Positions 12,803 through 26,074 are shown, numbered from the stretch's first letter. The stretch is DNA of 56,841 bases from Prorocentrum cordatum (GCA_963575745.1 CAUYUJ010000062.1:62001-118841), one strand, 5' to 3'. The notes: a model not told the origin generated them from the sequence alone. Program-made: numbers and translations.

Positions 12803-13186
12803 GCGTAGATCTGTTGATTCCACTTGTGAGCCATACTGCCCCGAGATGCAGCGTAGTGAAAAAATCAGGACGGAGGTTTTTCGCCGTTCTCGGCCTCTAG
12901 GGGCTCTCGCCGAGCCCCGGGGCCGCCAGAAAACGACGCAGGATGGAAAACCGGTCCTGGAACCCGTATTGAAGAAGATGCGACATCGGATCTCTATGTG
13001 TGATTGTCGGGGGGCCTTCTTGGGACCCTCTTGCGGCCTTCCTGCGGCCCCAGCAGGATCCTGGCCCAGAGCGACCTCGTTCCGTGCGGTCTGGACAAGC
13101 CCCAGGCGATTCGCACCAGTCGGGCCACCGTGCCCTTCAGGGTGGTGACTCCAGGAATCTGGGGCCACTCACGGGACTAAGACGCC

Positions 13187-13207
13187 CCGAAGCCATATTA
13201 TCTCAAG
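13187..13207 (+). other. Possible degenerate dinoflagellate spliced-leader relic
   Basis: CCGAAGCCATATTATCTCAAG versus DinoSL CCGTAGCCATTTTGGCTCAAG: 17/21 identical, ungapped, 3' CTCAAG intact. Confidence 0.35.
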
Positions 13208-13271
13208 TCCTCGTCCATCCCTTCCCTTGTAAATCACTTCTCCTTGCCGCACACCCAGACGGTGTCGGTAG

Positions 13272-13620
13272 GATGTGCAACAATTTCACGGATGGAGGGC
13301 GGGTGGTTTTCAAGATGTGGTCTTCGCCATTGCGCCGCGCACATTCGTCTTTCATATTGCAGCATATTCACCGAATGGAGGGCGGGTCGTTTTCAAAATG
13401 TGGTTCTCGCCTCAGTACGGCGCACATTCGCTTGAAATGTGTGCAACAGTTCCACGCATGGAGGGCGGGTGGTTTGCAAAATGTGGTGTTCGCTTCGCTC
13501 CGCACACATTCAATTTAAGAGTTTGCGACACTTGCATTGACGGATTGCGGCTCATGTTCCAGATGTGGTTCTCGTTTTAGCACCGCGCACATTCGTCTTA
13601 CAAGTTTGCAGCGGTGTCCA
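13272..13620 (+). repeat. 83-bp tandem repeat, ~4 units
   Basis: atggagggcggg at 13292, 13375, 13458; atgtgg at 13315, 13398, 13481, 13563. Confidence 0.9.
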
Positions 13621-13649
13621 GGGTTCGTATGGATGAATTCCCAGAGATG

Positions 13650-13790
13650 ATGTTCTGGCAAGGTTTAGGGTTGTCAGGACGCAGCGGTGACGTTGATTCG
13701 TGGTGTTGAAGTCCCAGATGGCACGAGTTAGGATTGTCAGGACGCAACGGTCACTTTGATCCGCGGCGCTGAAGTCCCACGAATGATGTT
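13650..13790 (+). repeat. 63-bp tandem duplication
   Basis: ttgtcaggacgca.cggt.ac.ttgat...gaagtccca at 13671 and 13734. Confidence 0.75.
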
Positions 13791-13849
13791 TCGACGGTTG
13801 GGGAGTGCGAGACGGTTGTTTTCTAATAGGCCGCTTCCCGCAATGTCCC

Positions 13850-16800
13850 ACAGAGTTTCACACTTCACACGCAAGCACCCCAATTCACAGCACACCCGAC
13901 AAGAGGCACCAGGCCAGGCAACAGCATAGCAGATGCAATATACAGCATCACTTGCGAGACCTCTCAACGCCTCAGCAGACAGCATGGCCGACCAGTCGCG
14001 CGCAATCCGATTGCCAAGACCAGCGCAACCTCTACTCTCAGCATACCAAACCGCAGACTCCACAAAAGACGACCAAGCAACCAGCATTGCATTCGTTGAC
14101 GACAGACTCATCATGGCACAGCGCAACGACAACGACCCCTTGGAGTACGACATGGCACGACCACTACGCACACAGCCCTGAACACCTACGGCTTCAAGCC
14201 AAACTATAAGCCGGTCAAGCCAGCACCCACAATGCACCTCGCAGGCAAAGGCGAACATCACGCCAAACAATGCCTACAGAAGGACCAGACAACACAGGGG
14301 ATGTACAGCGGCATGGCACGTTTGTTGCTGCCGCCCGCCCCATTCCTGGCAGGGGAGCCTGCAGGGGGGCACACTTCATGGACGGGCGACGGGGCGTACA
14401 ACGACATACGATACGAGCTGGTATTGCATAGCGACGGTACCGATCCCCACAGCGACAATTGCCCGCTTCACACCCGGCAATGGAGCCCGCGAGGCATACA
14501 GACCTCAGGGAGGAGCCACAAGGGCACGATTCGCGCCAAAGCATCAGACAAGACGACATGCTAGCCTCCCATAAGGAATTGCCATGGACGCGAAGCCAAT
14601 GGGAAAGAGCGCCTGACATCGAGACAAAATACATCGCCATCAGGGTCATTACGAGCATTTTGTACGCACAGCAGCTATTCTCCACGGAAGTTGACTTCAC
14701 TTTGCCGCGGCAACATTGGCTCAGATAACGACCTACTTGGCACCAGGTATTGGTGCCCTTCATATCGCGCCCACTGTCATGCATAATGACATCACTATTC
14801 CCGTTACTGCTACACATCATGATGACGCGTTTGTTGTTCACATTGATGAGTTGTCGAACCCACAGCGGTTCGCCCTTGCACCTGCAATTGAAACTTACAT
14901 GACAGACTTCGAGAAAAGCGACGACCAACTCTCACGCGAACGGAAATCCGTGTTTGAACAACGTTGCCGTACAACCTCCAACCACTACGAGGACGACGGC
15001 AACGACGACCATCCATCGTTTCTCAAAGGCAAACCGCAGAAACCCACCTACGAGCCACTACAGGGGACTGCGACACCAGACCATTGCGACCCAAATACAG
15101 CATCCACGCTCAGGGCACAAGTAGAAAGGAACAAACAAGACGACGTCACCAACGCCAACCTGTCGACATCGCCATGGATTTGGGACACGAGTGTGTACAG
15201 GTTCCCACCAGGCAGGGATGGGCATGCACAGTCAAACAAGACCACATCACATTAGCTTACGTAGCAGATATCAACCCTGGCTACCTCCAACTACCGAAGA
15301 CGTTGCTTGAAGACGGACTCAGCAAACGGAAGGCCATGATTTCGCACGACAGCATATACAGCCATTGGGCACAGCGACCACACGGCCCCATTCTACCGCC
15401 GCGCAGACTACATGCGAGACGGGCAACCACGCACACCGAACGACACGAAGAACCACGACCGACGACGACAAGTTATAGCCAGACTTCTATGGGACAAGCC
15501 GAGCGGCGACATCGACAACGGCATGGCAGCCACGCCGCAACGAAGACGGCACCGAGAAGGACCCCAAGGAGACGCAATGTACGACCAGCAGCACACAGAG
15601 CGATACCCGTTCTCGCTAGACGAGAACAGTGGCACACACACACACACACACACCAAGTACGAGACTACGGAATAACACAGTCATTTGCTCAATGGCCTAC
15701 CGTGGGAACGCCATGGTGACCGGATCAGAGTTATTTGCGCTCGCATACTTACTTGCATACGTACCCAATACGTCGGGCGCAGCAGCACTCCACCCACCGT
15801 GGGCCCCATCAATCGTCGAGAAGTCCCACGGACATTACCACCGACGACGCACGCGCAACCCAGCTACATCGAGTTACACGAGGTAGACGGCTACATCGCG
15901 TGCATGCGCAATACATGGACAGATACGGTGAGAGAGCCACCACCTTTAGCACAACGACAGTCACAACTTCGACCGACACAACACGAGTTCCTATCACCAA
16001 CTCCTTGTAATCCTGTCCGGCCACCAACCATCAGTTGGTTTGCGCTCATATTAGTAGTCAACTTACACCCACGCCGTCACATGCGACCCGCGTTCAACAT
16101 CAACGGCTCAATTCAGGCCATCTACTATGCACATACCACGCCCACGAGGCACGATCTTATTTGACAGGCCGCCCGCACAGCTAAGAGGGGCAAGGACCGA
16201 CATTGACAGACACCACCGCGACCGGATACAGCTGCAGCTAGAGCAAAGAGAGCGATCGGAGAAAATAGAATACAACAATGAAGACAAGCTCCGCAAGTTT
16301 TGCTCAGGCCACAAACATGAACGACCACCACATCCACCTACCCATGCACGCCATCACCCAAACCCAAGTTGCCAAGACCTACAGCAGCTCCAACTCACAC
16401 ACGACACAAGACCACCATTTCCAATCTTTGGGATGACGAAGGATTCGACGCTGCACTACCCACAGCCACAGATGGCTCAGCAGACGAAGGCACCTACACT
16501 GACAACAGCGGTCACGACTACAAGTACACCCCTGCGGCCCTCATTCTTACGCCCTTACCACCAGGCAATGGACACGACATGCACTGCCCGCCAGGCTGGA
16601 CAGCAAACAGCGGCGATGGCAGGACAGACGACGACGGCGACAAGGACAATTGGCACGACGCAGCCTACTACAAAGCAGCCAACAACACATACACCTACCT
16701 TTTTCCAAATGATCACCTGCCGTTACCAAGCTGGCACAGATGTTTGGACAATCACACCAGCGTGTACGTCATTAGCAACAGGCATCATCAAGCCCTACCC

Positions 16801-18076
16801 CATCCACCGCTCAGGCCCGACCCACATGTGACCTGGCTCTCAACAGTCACGCTACCATTTACCGAGACGACCAAGTACTTAACGCTTAATTGCGCAGTGC
16901 CGGCAGACTCGAACCTTCCACCATGGCAACCACGATTGCATGACCAACGACGTCTACAGCTAGGACACGACACACAGGATTTCGCAGATTGCTATTCTTT
17001 CAACGAGGACTTCAGAGCCGCAGTCAATATCACCAACAGGCATCTTGTGTCCCGGATCCAAGCACCCACGACAAGAATGAACGACATTGCCAAGCAAGCC
17101 GTACCCACGCCCTCACAATGGCTTTGCTCTTCTCGCGAAGGCGACGACACAATGATGTATGACTGGGCAGTGCGCATACACGACACTGCACGCTCCTTGC
17201 CGCAAATATGCAACCCAACCGATTTACCAGGCAACGACCACCAAAATAGCCACAACGCCGTCAAGCCCTTGCAGCAGCGACAGCTCTACTGAAGACGCAC
17301 CACAGCCAGCACAACAATCAGCTTCAGACGCGCAACAGGAAGCCACTACCACTCCTGACCAACAACCGACAGGTGCAAACGCACTCGCCATTCAGCAGCC
17401 CAGCACTAAGTCCAATCCACCAAATTCCACCAAGCTGCTACCTCACAAGGCAGCACGGGCACAACGCGGGCTCACCGAAATGCCAGCAGCAGGGCTAGCA
17501 CCACAACAAACATTTGCCACCAGGCAGATCTACTTCGACCAGAAGCGCCACCGATCCACCTCCTTGATGGGCAAACAGGACCTACTTCAATGCCAATATA
17601 TACAGAGCTCCTCGAAACGCACTACGACGAAGACGGCAACGATCAGAGGTTCTTGCAGCACATGAAGGCACTGCGCCACCACCAGCAGCAGTACCAACAA
17701 AATGTGGTAGAAGTGCGACAGCGCAACCTACACAATCCAGAACTACAACAGGCAGAGAAGATAACTATTGCAGTTGAAGCATTAACCATGCCCAGGCCCA
17801 AGTTCCCATTACCTGAGCACAAAGCGCCACCAACACCGAAACCAAGGTTCCACACCGTACAGGAGGACGGGGGTGACAACTAAGAGTAGCACAAGTTCCC
17901 CGCACGGAGTTGCCTCGCAACGACACACGGCACAAGACACGCGGTGTGGCACAACAGGTTCTAACGACACATCTACCACAACGATTGGGACGGCAGCGCA
18001 ACGGGCATCGGCTAGTATTATACAAAGTTGCGCCCACGACCTCATATCTTCCACAACTACGGCTTCCAGAACATAA
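13850..18076 (+). pseudogene. Long decayed (frameshifted, stop-interrupted) coding relic of unknown family, probably mobile-element or viral in origin
   Basis: Non-repetitive, A/C-rich and T-poor on +; a chain of + ORFs with protein-like sequence (13933, 14232, 14459, 14716, 15412, 15685, 16127, 16369-17292 [307 aa], 17590). No recognisable domain motif. Confidence 0.55.
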
Positions 18077-21000
18077 ATTTCCGCACAGCGAAGCCTTCTG
18101 ATTGCCACTCTATCTTGTTTAGTCCAGTTCTTTGATGTTACCTAAGTCGCACATCTGCTACTTCCTGAGGAGGGCTTACTCATTGAGGGCGGCGGGGATT
18201 GTCAGCAGCATCTGGTGGAGGAGGGGAGCTTGCTGTCCATGACAACCGACGGGAGGGAAGCCACTTTCTTTCCTCTGTGGCCTCCCACCAGCAGCTCGTT
18301 CAGTCCACTACCATAGCGTGCAGTGCCAAAGTTCTACCCGCAGCGTGCAGTCGGCTCCTTCTGCATTTGTCCTTTGCGTCCGCCGTCTCGGTCATTTCGT
18401 CTCTCCTTTTTCTCTCGCCTTTCCCGCTCCTTCTGATGGCCGTTGGCTTCTCCTCCCACCCCAGGGGTCGCGCCTCGCTGGTGGCTGGTGAACGGTGAGC
18501 TCCCCTGTGTCCGTTTGCGGATGCATGGAAGTTTGGCGGTCGTTTCCTTAGGCAAGTCACCCCACTCGCCCCCCCCCCCCCCCCCCCTTCTCGCCCGTCG
18601 TTGCTGGTTGCTGGCGAGCTGCACGCGGTGCCAGACACGCGACGTTGCTTATCGAAGGTTGCAGGACACCCTAGCGCTTGCCAGCCTCTTTCGCCCACTG
18701 CCCACGGCCAGGCAGAGCCGGCCGGACGGGTGAGGTTGGCGCGCAGGCAGGGGGCCACAGCCGCTGCACTCGCACATTCAATATCCTCAATTCAGCTCTG
18801 CGACTCTTTTCTGACCAGCATGCCAGTCGCACCTTCTACCTCCCACCTCTTCAGGCTGTGTCTACGCAGCATCTACGCAAACATATTAGATTTACACGGT
18901 GCATGTCAGGCCCCCCTTACAGGGTGTGGCCCCACAGCTCAGACCGCTAGCACCCGCATCCCATTCTCGTCGCCAGATTTGCTGCACTGTCTCTGAGCCA
19001 GGGGAGGTCACGGGTAGCAGTGGAGGTGGACGGGGACGGGTCGTAGGTCATGGCAGCCCGCAGTCGCACATGTTGTTTCTCATCCTCATTTTTGTCTATG
19101 TCTGCTGCGGCATGTTTCAGCATTGCTTCCCTGATCAGCCCCCCATCCTCACGCTTACACTCCATGAATCTGCAGCATGCGAATTTAGAGCTCCTAGACA
19201 CCACAGACCAACCAGCCGCCATGGCCAGCTTGAGCGTTCAAGGCATACACAGTTGCATTTCAGGCCCCTCATACCAAAAGGCGTGGCCCCACAGCTCGGA
19301 CATCCAGCCTTTGCGCCCATTTTTCGTCAGCTTTGCGGTACTGTTCTACTGGGCAGGTTGGTTGGGAGTGGTCGGATCGGTGGTTTGGGTGGTCAGGTAT
19401 GTGATGCGGCAAGCGCAAGTACTTTGTCATTCGCCAATGGCCAGCCACTACACATGGCCAGCCTAAGCATTGCAAACAAACAGTGACATCCAGACCCCTT
19501 CCAACAGGGTGCGCCACACTGCAGCTCTCACTTTCACTTCTATTGGTACTCATTTGCCTCACTTCTATCGCTCTTGTAGATGCCTCTCACCTCACTTCTC
19601 TCCTGGCAGCTGCACTGTACTGTACCTAGGGGGGGATAAGGGCCACACGGATGGTCACAGCGACGGGGGACACCCTTGCAGGAATTGATTCGATGGAGGG
19701 GCCTCCCCCAGACGAGCCGCCGAATCAACAGATGTAGCACCCATGTTCTTGCTACTCCACAGCACTCGGCTGCCGCGCGCCTCTTATACAGTTCGCTGGC
19801 TGCGTTCCGGCACGAGTCATCCACTCGCCGCTCTGCCTCTCTTGCGTCTCCTGCACTGCACGCTTTGACCTTGAAAGCGCTGCACGCCTGGACCTGCAAA
19901 GTTCGTGCGGATCCTGTGGGTGGGCTCATCGGGGGAGGAGCACCAAGGGCATTCCAGGCGTTGCAGCCCATCCACTCCAAGCGTACTGCTCTCTCGACTG
20001 CTCCTCCCCACTCTGCCTACTAGCGTCGCTTGTTCTGGCAGCATGTTTGCAATCACCTTGGCTAGACACGGTTTGCCTGGACCACCTTGCTGGGGGTATG
20101 GGGAAAATAGTATGTGGCGATGGGAGGGACACCAGGGTAGCACCAGCTGCTGCTGTTGCCTTACCGCCTGGCGCGCGCGCACTCTGAGGCCCTGTACCTG
20201 TCCGTACTTGTCCGCACTACCTGCTCCGCTGCGCCCGCCGGGGGCACTTGTTGCTCGCCCCGCCAAGTCGGCGAGCTCTTCCTGCATTCAGAACGCATGT
20301 CTGGGCAGCGTCGAAAAAGGAGGACGAAGGAGAAGGAGGAGGAGGAGGAGGAGACGAAGGAAGAGACGAAGGAGAAGAAGGAGAAGAAGGAGGAGGAGGA
20401 GGAGCAGCGACGAATACCACGACGACCGCCACGACGACGGCCGGCGCCTCTGCGGCCGGCTGGCTGGGGCTCAGGCCGCCCTGGGTCCCCCGGCGTCGCG
20501 GCGCGGGGCGCGGGCGCTTGACGCCGTCGGCCGCCGCCGTCGGTCCGCGGCGCGGTGCACGGCGCCGTTGGCACGGCGCCCTCCGTCTCTCGGGACGTGT
20601 TCTCCTTGTTTTTCTCCTCGCCCTTCCTCCTCATCCGCCTCCTCGTCCTCCCTCCCCCTCGTCCTTCTCCCCCTCCCCGTCCTCACGCGTCCTCCTCCTT
20701 TCCCCTCCTCCTCGGGCAGGAGGGCGAGGAGGAGAAGGAGGGAGGAGGGAGGAAGGAGAAGCAAAACAAGCCGGGGAGGAGGAAGGAAAAGAAAGGAAGG
20801 AGGGACGGGAAGAAGGAAGGATGGGGACGAGGTGGAAGCAAAAGTTTCGCGCCATTAGTTAATTATGGCGAATTCCCAGGCGAGAGCCCCCTGCTCCAAA
20901 ACGCACTATTTTGAAAAGGAGCCACCCTACATAAATTTAGCGATTACATCGTGTCAGCGAGATCCCCGCTTCGAAGAAGGACAGCACCCCATCCGTGCAA

Positions 21001-21199
21001 GTGCTGCACAGGCTTACACTTGTGGCCATGAGATTCGAGAAATGTTCAAGCGAGCTTACATGTCGGAAAAGAGCCTCGGTGGGTCCGTGCAGCGCTACGT
21101 GCGTTGATGATTCGAGTCCTCAGGCGATAATTCCGTTTTGAGACAGAGCAATCCCCCATCCAGCAGAACGTTGCATTAAAACGCATGCGCGCGGCGGCC

Positions 21200-22040
21200 A
21201 GTGCTCAATCCCTGAGATTGTTGTAGAAGACGAGTGTGCGCGGCGGTACAGCGAAAGCCCCACGTTGAGGAGGAATTGCCCACCATCCGTGGACCCGGGG
21301 CAACTGTTCAAGACGAACGTGCGCGGTGCTAAGGCGGGAGCACAATTTTGAAAACGAGAACCCTTTCCATCCCTGAGCGTGCTGCAAACGTTTCAGACAC
21401 ATGTTCGCGGTGCTAGAGCGAGAGCCACATTTTGAAAGCGCTCCCCCACCCTACATCGGTGGACCTGTTGCAAGCGTGTAGGACGAATGTGCGTGGCGCC
21501 AGGGCGAGAGCCACATTCCGGCAAGGAGCCGCCCTCCATCTGTGAGATTGCTGCAGGTGTTTGAGGCAGGTGCGCGCGGTGCAAAGGCTGGAGCCACACG
21601 CTGCAAAAGAATCGGTCTCCATCCGAGAGAGAAGTGCAGCCGTGCAGGACGAGTGTGCGCGGCAGTAGGGCGAGAGCCACGCGTTGAAAAGTGACCGCCC
21701 CCGTGCAGTGAAGTGCCCGCAGATGTTCAAGACGGATGCGCGCGACGCTATGGCGAAAGCCACAGTTGCGAAGGAGCCGCCCTCCATCAGTGAAGCGGTT
21801 GCACCTTTCAAGAGGGCTGTGCGTGGCGCTGAGGCGAGAGCCACATTTTGCAAACGCCCCCCTCTCTTTGTGACATTGGTGCAAACGACGAATGTGCACG
21901 GCGCTAGGGCCAGAGCACCATTTTGAAAACCACACCCTTCCATCCGTGAAACTGTTACGAACTCCGAGAGACGGATATGCGTGGCGCCAAGGCGAGAGCC
22001 ACATTTAGAAAATGACTCCCCCTCCATGCGTGAAGCTGCG
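21200..22040 (-). repeat. 83-bp tandem repeat, ~10 units, reverse complement of the 13272-13620 family
   Basis: gagccaca-type anchor at ~21338, 21422, 21508, 21591, 21674, 21757, 21838, 21913, 21996; ccctccatc is the reverse complement of gatggaggg. Confidence 0.9.
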
Positions 22041-22119
22041 CTTCAGGCGAAACGCCCGTCCCGCCCTATTTGCACGCCTGGGGGTGGGACAGGGATTTCA
22101 TACTCAAATGAAGAAGGAA

Positions 22120-22982
22120 TGAAGGAGGAGAAGAAGGAAGAGGAGAAGGAGGAGGAGGAGGAGGGAGAGGGAGAGGGACCACGTCACTCCTCCTCCTCCT
22201 CCTCCTCCTCCTCCTCCTCCTCCTCTCCGCCTCCTCCTCCTCCTCCTCCTCCTCCTCCTCCTCCTCCTCCTCCTCCTCCTCCTCCCTCCTCCTCCTCCTC
22301 CTCCTCCTCCTCCTCCTCCTCCTCCTCCTCCCTCCTCCTCCTCCTCCTCCTCCTCCTCCTCCTCCTCCTCCTCCTCCTCCTCCTCCTCCTCCTCCTCCTC
22401 CTCCTCCTCCTCCTCCTCCTCCTCCTCCTCCTCCTCCTCCTCCTCCTCCTCCTCCTCCTCCTCCTCCTCCTCCACCTCCTCCTCCTCCTCCTCCTCCTCC
22501 TCCTCCTCCTCCTCCTCCTCCTCCTCCTCCTCCTCCTCCTCCTCCTCCTCCTCCTCCTCCTCCTCCTCCTCCCTCCTCCTCCTCCTCTCCCTCCTCCTCC
22601 TCCTCCTCCTCCTCCTCCTCCTCCTCCTCCTCCTCCTCCTCCTCCTCCTCCTCCTCCTCCTCCTCCTCCTCCTCCTCCTCCTCCTCCTCCTCCTCCTCCT
22701 CCTCCTCCTCCTCCCTCCCCCCTCAGACCTCCCCCCCTTCCCTTCCCCCCGCGACCCCCCCAGACCCCGAACGGCCCGCCCAGTCTGCAAGAGAGAATTC
22801 GCGGCGGCCTCGCGGCCACCTTTTTTCCTCTGATCGCCGCCGCACCCCGCCGGCCTCTCGGAGGGGCTCCGTGGGCGAGGGTGATGCCAAGGGCGGCAGC
22901 GGCGAGGACGTCGGCGGCGGGGACGGCGGCGGCGGGGACGGCGGCGGCGAGGACGGCGGCGGCGGCGGCGGCGGCGACGACC

Positions 22983-23049
<67 letters not shown>

Positions 23050-23552
23050 GGACGACAACGACGGGGACCAAGACGAGGATGAGGTCCAGGGCGGATCTGT
23101 GCCCTGGAGCCCCTCCGCACCCTCCCCGCGGCGCCTGGGGAATCGGCCTCTCTCGCGCAGCCCTCTTTCCTGGCGCGAGCAGCGGCCCAGAAAGGCATGC
23201 CCTGCGCCCGCCTCGGAGGCGTCGCGGAGGAGCCTCCCCCCCCCTCGCCTTCCTCTTCCTCCTCCTCCTCCTCCTCCTCCTCCTCCTCCTCGTCCTCGTC
23301 CTTCTCCTCCTCCTCCTCCTCCTCCTCCTCCTCGTCCTCCTCCTCCTCGTCCTCCTCCTCGTCCTCCTCCTCCTCATCCTTTCCTCTTCCTCCTCCTCCT
23401 CCTCCTCCTCCTCCTCCTCCTCCTCCTCCTCCTCCTCCTCCTCCCTCTCTCCTCCTCCTCCTCCTCCTCCTCCTCCTCCTCCTCCTCCTCCTCCTCCTCC
23501 TCCTCCTCCTCCTCCTCCTCCTCCTCCTCCTCGTCCTCCTCTTCCTCCTCCC
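22120..23552. repeat. Compound microsatellite cluster: (GGA)n, long (CCT)n tracts, (GCG)n, (ACG)n
   Basis: (CCT)n at ~22187-22715 and ~23250-23550; (GAC)n at ~22980-23050. Confidence 0.97.
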
Positions 23553-24839
23553 CGGTCTTCGATCCTCGAGGGCCTCGACCCCCGGGAGGTGCAGCGGCCG
23601 GCGGCCCCCCCGTGGCTGGCCCATCCCCTGGCCCGCCCGCCCTCCGACGATCACACACTGGAAGGGACCTCGCAAGCTTTCGTCGGGCCTGCGCAGTGTC
23701 GCGGGGGCCCTCGCGGGGGCCGTTTCCCGATCCCCGGGGCCATCGGAGCTCGATCGGGGACGAAGGACGACCCCTCGGGGAAGCGGTCGGCACTTCGGGG
23801 CCGCGGGCGGGAAAAGGCAGATGGGTATGTCAGTCAGGAGGGAAAGGAACACACAGACACAATTGATCGTCGATTCCCCAGAAAATATAGGAAAATATGT
23901 GAAGTGGGGGGGAAGACAAAAACCCAGAAAATATCGGAAAATATGGGGAATATGGTTATTTGAGTCTATTTGTTTGTGTGTCCCAGCTCCCCTTCAATGT
24001 CAGGGGTCTGCTCTTGGAGGGCTTCGCGCCTCGGGGCGCGTTCCAGCAGGCGCGCCTCGTCGAGAGCTCTCCGAGGGTGCGCGAAGGGTCCCGAAAGGCC
24101 CCGCCGGGGGCCGCCAGGTGGATACAGTCAGCCCGGTAAGGAAGGAGCCCTCTTCGTTGGGGAGGGCCTGCGTGCTCCTTCGCAAGCGTTCGAAAGTTTG
24201 TCTCGGGTGCTCCTTCGGTTTTCTGCGGGACATCGGAGCTGCACGTATGGAGAAAAGGGGCCTGGTTCATCATTTGGGGTTCCTCGTGCCAGCGTTTCGA
24301 CTGCATCACGGCCGGGGCAAGGAAACCTCTCCGATGGCGAGCCCCCCCCCTCCACTTCTTCCCGCAAGCCCTTGCCCCCGCTCGTCCGCGCACGTGCCTC
24401 GGGCCACCATGAGATATGCCCCTTCTTCGACGCGCCCGATCGTTCGCCATGCTGTCCAGACCTTTTTTGGCGTCGTAGCAATAACATTTCTCTTTTTCTA
24501 TATATATATATAAAAAAAGGGACAACGGCGGGGGATGTTTCACAATGCGTGGGCGGGGGATTCTGGGGCGGCAGTCTGGGGCCCGCGCCGCGGCGGCATT
24601 GCGTGCTCTCGCCTCGGCGCCGCGCATCTTTTCCAAACGCGGTGATTCCGCCTCGGCGTTTGGCGCATTGTTGGCAGCATCCTGATGGCAATTCGAGCCT
24701 CGTTGGGACTGCTGGGGTCGGCGGGGCCTGCGAGCGGCGTCCGCCGTCTCCGTCGGTGTCGGCAGGGCCTGCGCGCAGCGTCCGCCGTCTCTTAGGATCT
24801 CTTTGTGTATATATATATATATATATTCCTCAGGAGGGA

Positions 24840-26060
24840 TCCCTTAGTAAGAAGTTCTCCGTAAACGTTCCTTAATCCGGATTTCATGATGTTGGTTCCT
24901 TCGAACATCTTCATGCATCACGAACCCTTCGTAAGAGTTGCTTGATGAAGATTGTGCAACAAAGATGCCTTAATCGAGATTATGGATTTAGATTTCATGG
25001 TAATGGTTCCTCACTGACGATTTATTTGAAAGGATTCTTTAATCAGAATTCATTACTACGGGTTCATTAACACAGATTCCTTATGAAGGACTCCTTCATA
25101 TAAATATAATTTCTTTAATACAGATTCCTTCGTACATGTTCCTTACTGCAGATTCATTGCGAAGGGTTTTTCAATGAGGATTCCTCAGTGAGGATTCCTT
25201 ATAGTGAGGAGTCTTCAACGCACGTTCCTCACCGAGGATTCCTCAGGGTTCATACATGGAGGTGCCTTAATCTAGATTCCTGAGCAAGGATTCCACAATG
25301 CATATTCCTTTTTACGGACCCCTAAGTGAGGATTCCATCGCATGGGTTGTTTGGTAAAGTCCCCAGAGTCAGGGTTGTTGAGTGAGGATTCCCGGGCAAT
25401 GAGTCCTTAGTGAGAAAGCTTCAAATAAGGATTCTTCAATGCGCATTCTTCGATGCAGATCTCTTCATGCAGATTCCTTAGCACATAGCTCTTGCGAAAT
25501 ATTCCTTCGCAAATATCCTCTACTGCAGGTTTCTTGATGCAGGTCTCTTAAAGCAGGTTGCTTTCATACATTGTCCTGAATAGCGATTCTGTAATAAGCA
25601 TCCCTTACTGCAGATTCCTTGCGAAGGATTCCGTGGTAATGGTTCCTGAGTAAGGGATTATTCAGTAAGGCGCTTTTTACCAAGGATTGTGTTGTACATA
25701 TTCTCTCGTACAGCTTCCTGACTCGAGTCTCCTTAGCAAATCTTCCCGTATACGGAATTGTTCGTGAAGTTTCTTACTACGAAAGTTGTAAATGTATGAT
25801 TCTAAGGACCTCTGAATCACGATTCCTGATTGAGGCTCCTTCAAAACTCCCGACGAAGAATTTCTTATACCAGATTCCTTGCCAAGGGGTCCTCAGCAAC
25901 GGTTTATATTGGGGATTCCCCCATGGAGGTTCCTCGCTAACTTCGAGAAGATTCCTTACAAAAAGATTAGATGTTTTAGAACATGTCTTACCAAGGATTT
26001 CTGAGTGAAGGTTCCTCAGCCAGGATTCCCCAAGGATGGTTGTTCAGTCAGGGTTCCTTT
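24840..26060. repeat. AT-richer degenerate GATTCCT/AGGATTCC short-period repeat
   Basis: Many gattcctt, aggattcc and gttcct motifs; ORF-free region. Confidence 0.7.
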
Positions 26061-26074
26061 GTCATGTAAAGACT

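Noticed and set aside
13664..13670. Telomeric TTTAGGG motif
   Set aside because: Single copy and not conserved in the duplicated 63-bp unit.
13731..18205. Paired LTRs suggested by ggattgtcag at 13731 and 18196
   Set aside because: Identity does not extend beyond about 10 bp, and no second copy of the sequence after 18200 is visible in the window.
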